Shown here: positions 58,235 through 64,000 of the stretch, in pieces | How the letters are laid out: each line of letters opens with the position of its first letter | How positions within the stretch are numbered: the first letter of the stretch is position 1 | Source: an uncultured Acidobacteriota bacterium | Lineage (GTDB): Bacteria; Acidobacteriota; Vicinamibacteria; Vicinamibacterales; SCN-69-37 | DNA: 64,000 nucleotides | NCBI GenBank assembly: GCA_963752045.1 | Contig: CAVVWN010000014.1 | Coordinates: 332,033-396,032 of the forward strand | Direction: 5' to 3' | Program-made: the position numbers and the translations under genes | The notes under the pieces: model-generated | Databases searched by the model: none | What the model saw: only the letters and a program-made list of their open reading frames with translations | Told to the model about the DNA's origin: nothing

Positions 58235-60688
58235 ATGATCGAGGACCTCACCTCCGCCTTCCGTTCGCTTCGGGCCTCGAAGACCTTCACCGCCGTCGCC
58301 CTCACGGTGCTTGCCCTCGGCATTGGAGCCAGCACGGCCATCTTCTCCGTTGTCGACGCCGTCGTCCTGCGCGGGCTGCCCTTCGACGAGCACGACCGAC
58401 TCGTGGCCGTTGGCGAGCGGCGGCCGCCCAACCCTGACTTCCCGCAGCCACCGGGCCGCGACCCCGACGCGCTCTCGAGCGCCTCGCCGCAGAACTACAT
58501 GGACTGGGCAGACCGGCAGCAGGTCTTCGAGTCGATGGCGGCCGTGGCCGGCGGCCGGCTGACGCTGCGCGAGCCTGGCGGGCAGCCGGAGGAGCTCATC
58601 GCACAGCGGGTGACGGCCGGATTCTTCGACGTGCTGCGCGCACGCCCCCGGATCGGGCAGCCGTTCACGGCCGAGAACGAGGTCGACGGCAACCACCGGG
58701 TCGCCGTGCTCAGCGACGGGCTCTGGCGTCGGCGTTTCGGCGGCGACCCGGCGATCATCGGCCGGACGATTCCGCTCGATGCCGGCGCGTTCGAGGTGAT
58801 TGGCGTCATGGGACCGGAGTTCGCCTATCCGGTGGCCAGCGCCAGCTCCACCGAGATCTGGGTGCCGTACGTCGTGCCGGTCGACGAGCGCATTCGGCAT
58901 CCGGACAACGTCAGCATCTATCTGCAGTCGATCGCGCGTCTCGAGGACGGGGTCTCGCTCGACCAGGCCCAGGCGAACATGGATCAGATTGCGGCCGCGC
59001 TCGAGCAGGAGCATCCCGACTGGAACAAGGACAACCTCGTCGGTGTCCGTTCGCTTCACGATCACATCGTCGGCGCGCGGACGAGACAGTGGATGCTGCT
59101 GCTTCTGGGCGCGGTCGCGCTCGTGCTGCTCATTGCCTGCGCGAACGTGGCGAACCTGCTGCTTGCGCGCGCCTCGTCGCGCGAGCGCGAGATCGGCATT
59201 CGCGCCGCGATGGGTGCCGGGCGCTGGCGGCTGATGCGGCAGCTGCTGGTCGAAAGCCTCGTGCTGTCGGCGCTCGGCACCGCGCTCGCGCTCGTGCTGG
59301 CCTGGTGGGGTGTTGGCGTGCTGCGCGGCGCCATGCCCGAGGGCGTTCCCCGCGTGGCGTCGATCGCCGTCGACCTGCGCGTGCTCCTGGGAGCCGCCGC
59401 GCTCGCGCTTCTCACCGGCCTGGGTTTCGGCCTTCTGCCCGCGCTCCAGCTTTCACGTCCGGACGTGACGAACGCGCTCAAGGAAGGGGCCCGAGGTACG
59501 AGCAGCGGCAGCGCCGCCCGCCGCGTCCGCAGCCTGCTCGTCGTCGCCGAAGTCGCGCTGGCCGTCGTGCTCCTCGTCGGGGCCGCGCTCTTCATCGGCA
59601 GTTTTCGCACGCTCATGCGCATCGACCCCGGTTTCGACAGCGCGAACGTGCTGACGGCCGCGCTCTATCCGCGCTTCGAGCCACGGGAGGCCGACGAGCC
59701 GCTCCCCGACTACGGACCGGAGATCGCGCGCATACTCGAACGCGTCGGCCAGATGCCTGGCGTGACGCACGCGTCGGCGATATCCGGCGGCATGCCGCTC
59801 GGCGGCAGCATGAGCATCACGTCCATCACGATCGCCGGCCGCGAGATCCCACGCGAAGACCGCGGCATCAGCATCCGGCGCGTGACGCCCGACTACCATC
59901 GCGCGATGCGCATTCCGCTCGTCGCAGGACGGTACCTCGAACCGACCGACGGCGAGGCCGGCCAGCAGGTGGTGGTCATCAACGAGGCGGCGGCGAAGAA
60001 ATACTTCCCCGGCGAGAACCCGGTCGGGCGGACCGTCGGCATCAACGGCGACCGGCTCGTCGTCGGCGTCGTGGGCGACGTCTATCAGAGCAGCCTCGAA
60101 ACCGAACCGCGCACCGAAGCCTACACGGCGATGGCGCAGGGCACGACGGTCTTCAGCGAGCTCGTCATCAAGACGTCCGGCGAGCCCTACGAGGTCCTCC
60201 CTGCCCTGAAGGCCGCGGTGTTCGACGTGCTGCCGAACGTGCCGCTCACGCGCATCCGGACCATGGACGAGCTTCTGGCCTCACGGGTCGCCCAGCGGCG
60301 CTTCAACATGCTGCTGCTCTCGCTCTTCGGGCTGCTCGGCCTCGTCATCGCGGCCGTGGGCATCTACGGGGTCCTCGCCTATGTCGTCTCGCACCGCACG
60401 AGGGAGATCGGCGTGCGGATGGCGCTCGGCGCCACGCAGGCGTCGGTCGTTGGCCTCGTGCTTCGAAGCGCCGGCCTGCTCGTGGCCGCCGGCTTCGCGG
60501 TGGGTGGCATCGCGGCGTGGTACCTCAGCGCGACGGCCGAAGCGTTCCTGTTCCGCACGGACACGGCCGACCCGCGTGTCTTTCTGGCCGCCGTCGGCAC
60601 GCTCGCCGCGGCTGCCCTCGTGGCGGCTGCGGTTCCCGCGCGCCGTGCGGCCAGCGTGGACCCGATGGTCGCCCTGCGCGCCGAGTAG
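58235..60688 (+). CDS. ADOP family duplicated FtsX-like permease (no adjacent PadR)
   Basis: The start is taken at MIEDLTSAFRSLRASKTFTAVALTVLALGIGASTAIFSVVDAVVLRGLPF (family-typical N-terminus). It has two FtsX modules. Confidence 0.9.
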   Translation: MIEDLTSAFRSLRASKTFTAVALTVLALGIGASTAIFSVVDAVVLRGLPFDEHDRLVAVGERRPPNPDFPQPPGRDPDALSSASPQNYMDWADRQQVFESMAAVAGGRLTLREPGGQPEELIAQRVTAGFFDVLRARPRIGQPFTAENEVDGNHRVAVLSDGLWRRRFGGDPAIIGRTIPLDAGAFEVIGVMGPEFAYPVASASSTEIWVPYVVPVDERIRHPDNVSIYLQSIARLEDGVSLDQAQANMDQIAAALEQEHPDWNKDNLVGVRSLHDHIVGARTRQWMLLLLGAVALVLLIACANVANLLLARASSREREIGIRAAMGAGRWRLMRQLLVESLVLSALGTALALVLAWWGVGVLRGAMPEGVPRVASIAVDLRVLLGAAALALLTGLGFGLLPALQLSRPDVTNALKEGARGTSSGSAARRVRSLLVVAEVALAVVLLVGAALFIGSFRTLMRIDPGFDSANVLTAALYPRFEPREADEPLPDYGPEIARILERVGQMPGVTHASAISGGMPLGGSMSITSITIAGREIPREDRGISIRRVTPDYHRAMRIPLVAGRYLEPTDGEAGQQVVVINEAAAKKYFPGENPVGRTVGINGDRLVVGVVGDVYQSSLETEPRTEAYTAMAQGTTVFSELVIKTSGEPYEVLPALKAAVFDVLPNVPLTRIRTMDELLASRVAQRRFNMLLLSLFGLLGLVIAAVGIYGVLAYVVSHRTREIGVRMALGATQASVVGLVLRSAGLLVAAGFAVGGIAAWYLSATAEAFLFRTDTADPRVFLAAVGTLAAAALVAAAVPARRAASVDPMVALRAE

Positions 60689-60691
60689 CGC

Positions 60692-62815
60692 CTACGAGTC
60701 GGCCCGCTCCTCGGGCTCGAACACGATGCCGGCGCTTTCGCGCGCGAGCGCGGCGGCCCGGCGAGCCTCGTCCTGCAGGGCCTGCTGCGCGCGGAAGGGC
60801 GCCTCGCCGCGCGGACGCTTGCGGCGTCGGTACGTGCCGTCGGGCTCGAGCCACCGGCTCTTGACCGTGTCGCCGAACATCGCACGCAGCGCGAACATCA
60901 CCTTCGCCTTGTGCTCGGGCCGCTCCACGGGGAAGAGGAGCTCCACGCGCTTGTCGAGGTTCCGCGTCATCCAGTCGGCGCTCGACAGGTACACCTCGTC
61001 GTCTCCGCCGTTCGAAAAGTAGTAGATCCTCGAATGCTCGAGGAAGCGGTCGACGACCGAGACCACCTCGATGTTCTCGCTCGCGCCGCGCACGCCCGGC
61101 CGCAGCGCGCAGATCCCGCGGACGTTCAGGCGGATGCGAACACCGGCGCGGGACGCCGCGTAGAGCGCCTCGATGATCTCGTGGTCGATGAGCGAGTTCA
61201 TCTTGGCGACGATCTCGGCGGGCTGGCCGCCCAGGGCCCGGCGCCGCTCGCGGTCGATGAGCTTGAGGAACCGCTGCCGCAGGCCGGTCGGCGCCATGAC
61301 GAGCTTGCGAAGCCGCGGCGGGTCGGAATACCCGGTGAGCGCGTTGAAGAACGCGCTGGCGTCTTCGGCGATCGGCTGCGAGGTCGTGAGCAACCCGAAG
61401 TCCGTGTACACGCGCGCGGTGCGATCGTTGTAGTTGCCCGTGCCCAGATGGATGTAGCGGCGAAAGCCCTGGGGCGTACGCCTGACGACGAGGCAGATCT
61501 TCGAGTGGACTTTGTAGCCGCGAACACCGTAGATGACGTGCGCACCCGCGCCTTCGAGCGCGCGGGCCCACTGGATGTTGCGTTCCTCGTCGAAGCGCGC
61601 CGTGAGCTCCACGAGCACCGTGACCTGCTTGTTGCGCTCGGCCGCCCGCTGCAGACTGGCGATGAGCGGAGACCCCGCGCTCGTCCGGTAGAGCGTCAGC
61701 TTGACGGCGAGCACCTCGGGGTCGTCGGCGGCACGGGCCACGAGCGCGTTGACCGGATCGAAGGCGTCGTACGGATGATGCAGCAGCACGTCGCCGCGGT
61801 CCAGCACGGAAAAGATGTCCGCCTGTTCGCCGGCGAGGACGTTCACAGGTTGCACGGGCGGATCGCGGAGCTCGTTGAAGCCCGCGAGCTCCACGAACCC
61901 CGTGAGGACGCGCAGATCCAGCGGGCCGGGCACGGCGTACACCGCCTGCGACTCCACGTCGAGGCGCCGGCTGACGAGCGCCACCAGTTCCTCGGAGGCC
62001 GATGCCTCCACTTCCAGGCGGACCACGTCGCTGCGTCGCCGCCAGCGGAGCTGGCGCTCGACGACTTCGAGCTGCGTGCGGCCGCCCTCGTCGTCGAACT
62101 CCAGCTCGGCGTCGCGCGCGAGGCGGATGACGGCGGTCTCGAGGATCTGCTGGCCGACGAAGAGCTCGGCGAGATGCGCCCGGACCACGTCTTCGAGCAG
62201 CACGAACGTCATGCCCTCGGCCTCGGCGATCTGCATCAACCGCGCGAGCCCGGGCGGCACCTGCACGATGGCGAGCCGTTCGTCGCCCTCGCCCTCGCCA
62301 TCCTCGGGCGGGAGTCGAACGGCGATATTCAGGCTGAGCGACGAGAGGAGCGGGAAAGGGCGCGCGGCATCGATCGCGAGCGGCGTCAGCACCGGAAGAA
62401 CGTCGCTCCTGAAGTAAGCGGTGAGCGCGGCCCGGCGCGCCTCGGAAAGCTCGCCAAACGGCAGGAGACGAACGCCCGCCGCGGCGAGGGCCGGCAGCAG
62501 GTCCGCGGTGACCAGCCGGTAGAGCTCGGCCACGAAGGCGTGCGCGCGGATGGCGACGGCGTCGAACTGCTGCGCTGGCGTCAGGCCGGCCAGGTCCGGC
62601 GCCGTCCTGCCTTCCGCGACGGCGTGCTCGAGGCCCGCCACACGCACCATGAAGAACTCGTCGAGGTTCGATGCCGCAATCGCCGCGAACTTCACGCGCT
62701 CGAGGAGCGGCACCGCGGCGTCGGCGGCCTCTTCGAGCACGCGCTCGTTGAAGGCGAGCCACGAGAGCTCGCGATTGAAGAACAGGGCGCTGTCGTGGGC
62801 GTGCGGCCGTTTCAT
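60692..62815 (-). CDS. ppk1: polyphosphate kinase 1
   Basis: ATG 62815 overlaps the ppx stop (ATGA). Motifs are FFNRELSWLAFNERVLEEA, NLDEFFMVRVAGL and the two PLD-like HxK motifs (YKVHSK). Confidence 0.9.
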   Translation of the reverse strand: MKRPHAHDSALFFNRELSWLAFNERVLEEAADAAVPLLERVKFAAIAASNLDEFFMVRVAGLEHAVAEGRTAPDLAGLTPAQQFDAVAIRAHAFVAELYRLVTADLLPALAAAGVRLLPFGELSEARRAALTAYFRSDVLPVLTPLAIDAARPFPLLSSLSLNIAVRLPPEDGEGEGDERLAIVQVPPGLARLMQIAEAEGMTFVLLEDVVRAHLAELFVGQQILETAVIRLARDAELEFDDEGGRTQLEVVERQLRWRRRSDVVRLEVEASASEELVALVSRRLDVESQAVYAVPGPLDLRVLTGFVELAGFNELRDPPVQPVNVLAGEQADIFSVLDRGDVLLHHPYDAFDPVNALVARAADDPEVLAVKLTLYRTSAGSPLIASLQRAAERNKQVTVLVELTARFDEERNIQWARALEGAGAHVIYGVRGYKVHSKICLVVRRTPQGFRRYIHLGTGNYNDRTARVYTDFGLLTTSQPIAEDASAFFNALTGYSDPPRLRKLVMAPTGLRQRFLKLIDRERRRALGGQPAEIVAKMNSLIDHEIIEALYAASRAGVRIRLNVRGICALRPGVRGASENIEVVSVVDRFLEHSRIYYFSNGGDDEVYLSSADWMTRNLDKRVELLFPVERPEHKAKVMFALRAMFGDTVKSRWLEPDGTYRRRKRPRGEAPFRAQQALQDEARRAAALARESAGIVFEPEERADS

Positions 62816-64000
62816 CCCACGACTCCCGTGCCCCTGATGATCAACTCGCGGCCGAAGACTTCGGTGAACATGTCGGCCCGGGCCGCCGCCGCCATGAGCT
62901 CCATGGTGATGTCGCCCGCGCCGTCCACTTCGAGCACCCACGTCTTCTCCGTGCGCACCAGCCGCACGTCCCGTACTTTCTGCAGGTGCTCGGCATCGAG
63001 CGCGTTGGCCACCCGCAGGATGGCCGAGAGCTTGCTCACGAGCAGGCGGTCCTGATGGTCGAGCTCGACATACGGCAGGTGGCTCCGACGAGGCGTGCCG
63101 CGCCGGTGATACCGCGCGATGTTCGAGACGACTGCCGTCTCCTCGTCCGACAGGCCGAAGATCTGTGACGCGGCCAGCAGGTACTGCGAGTGCTTGTGGT
63201 GCGCGCGCAGGCTGACGTAGATGCCGATGTCGTGCAGGAGGCCCGCCGTCTGCAGCAGCAGACGATCGCGGTCGGTCAGGCCGTGCTCCTCGCGAAGCTC
63301 CTCGAAGAGCCGCGTGGCCAGAACGGCCACGTGCCGGCCGTGCGCGCGGTCGAACTGAAAGCGCTCGCCCACGGCCTCCGCGCTCGCGAGCACCTGGCGT
63401 TCGAAGTCTCCGGCGCCTTCACCGCCCCCCGGCGCGAGCAGATCGAGCAGCAGGCCGGCCCGTAACGAGGCGTCGGACACCACGACCCGCCGGGCCGTGG
63501 TCTCCGAGAGCAGCGTGCGATAGACCAGCAGGGCCGGCACGAGCGTCTCGGCCTCGACCGCCGGTAGTCGAAACCGGCCGACCAGCCCCTCGTCGTCGAG
63601 CCGCTCGACGTCGTCGCAGAAGGTCAGGAACGCCTCGCGCGGGATCTCGCGGACGCCGTCGCCGCCCTTGAGATCCTGAATCTCGGAGGCTGCCAACCGC
63701 ACGTCGCCGCCGATGGCCACCATCTGCGTCACGCGTCGCAGCGGAATCTCCACGCGGATCTGATCGATGACGTTGGCGATCGAGCGCCGGAGCAGCGCCA
63801 CTTGAATATCGTGCCGGTGCCGGCGCAGATCGAGCTGCTGGCGCAGCCGCACGGCGCCGAGCGCGTAGACGCCCGAGCGGCTCGGCTGCCCCCGCTCGAG
63901 CAACGTCAGGCTGGTGCTGCCTCCGCCCACTTCGACGAGCAGCGTCCAGGCGCCTTCGAGCACGGGGTGGCGGCCGAGCGCGTGCCGCACGGCCATGTAG
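62812..64000 (-). CDS. ppx: Ppx/GppA-family exopolyphosphatase with HD domain (5' end beyond the right edge)
   Basis: LLVEVGGGSTSL is the actin-like ATPase fold, and there is an HD region (LLHDIGIYVSLRAHHKHS). The family N-terminus is missing, so the gene continues past 64000. Confidence 0.85.
   Translation of the reverse strand, partial: YMAVRHALGRHPVLEGAWTLLVEVGGGSTSLTLLERGQPSRSGVYALGAVRLRQQLDLRRHRHDIQVALLRRSIANVIDQIRVEIPLRRVTQMVAIGGDVRLAASEIQDLKGGDGVREIPREAFLTFCDDVERLDDEGLVGRFRLPAVEAETLVPALLVYRTLLSETTARRVVVSDASLRAGLLLDLLAPGGGEGAGDFERQVLASAEAVGERFQFDRAHGRHVAVLATRLFEELREEHGLTDRDRLLLQTAGLLHDIGIYVSLRAHHKHSQYLLAASQIFGLSDEETAVVSNIARYHRRGTPRRSHLPYVELDHQDRLLVSKLSAILRVANALDAEHLQKVRDVRLVRTEKTWVLEVDGAGDITMELMAAAARADMFTEVFGRELIIRGTGVVG

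Noticed and set aside
60525-63055. 745-aa minus-strand and 714-aa + strand ORFs overlapping ppk1
   Set aside because: They are alternative or antisense frames of ppk1/ppx. Only the 60692-62815 frame shows PPK1 motifs.
1-64000. Scan of every intergenic spacer for tRNA, rRNA, tmRNA, RNase P or SRP RNA
   Set aside because: No cloverleaf-compatible or otherwise recognisable RNA gene was seen. The only long spacers are occupied by the repeat elements. A covariance-model scan would be needed to be certain.
1-64000. Search for mobile-element or defence-system hallmarks (integrase, transposase, RM, TA, Cas, abortive-infection ATPases or nucleases)
   Set aside because: No such proteins are recognisable among the credible ORFs. 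There is no compositional island apart from the 80-bp AT-rich MarR spacer. The repeat elements are therefore non-autonomous if they are mobile at all.

Overview
Very GC-rich, gene-dense bacterial chromosomal segment with about 55 protein-coding genes. Strong GC3 codon bias separates real frames from the many long antisense shadow ORFs in the track. The gene content points to Acidobacteriota (inference only): two ADOP-type duplicated FtsX-like permeases (one with its PadR partner), TIGR03436-like VWFA proteins, a DUF1800/DUF1501 pair, a tricorn-like S41 protease and many exported peptidases. I found no rRNA, tRNA, CRISPR array, transposase, integrase, phage gene or recognisable defence gene, so this looks like ordinary chromosome rather than an island. 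Operons are marked by 4-nt start/stop overlaps (ATGA/GTGA at 1379, 6035, 7334, 9370, 21769, 28065, 40928, 62812). Main blocks in order: GT2 genes; a MarR-linked 2Fe-2S/molybdopterin/cytochrome c hydroxylase; a VWFA/TPR operon; a TonB-dependent receptor preceded by a histone-H1-like gene; a tricorn-like protease plus MFS transporter; a copper-flavoured block (HMBD lipoprotein, three tandem CxxCH + PHM/DBH-fold paralogues, DUF1800/DUF1501, cupredoxin-like lipoprotein); a class-B radical SAM gene; a TolB-like/M28/S15 peptidase operon; kynA; mmsA plus a class-III aminotransferase; an EfpL-type factor; ECF sigma/NrsF; a Glu/Leu/Phe/Val dehydrogenase; ppk1-ppx. The most interesting signal is non-coding. 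(1) A family of large modular palindromic intergenic elements: three copies of 256-424 bp with GGAG-rich arms and 31-33-bp inner stems that differ in sequence but stay paired; one copy has 4.5 tandem 45-nt units. (2) Related twin-hairpin REP-like units. (3) Two odd-period microsatellites: an 8-nt x15 array forming the overlapping 3' ends of two convergent genes, and 7-nt repeats both inside the tricorn-like gene and abutting a predicted ECF promoter. Two genes carry single-base G-run frameshifts, either homopolymer errors or recent pseudogenes. No novel protein-based system is demonstrated. All calls come from reading the sequence and from remembered family motifs; no searches were run.
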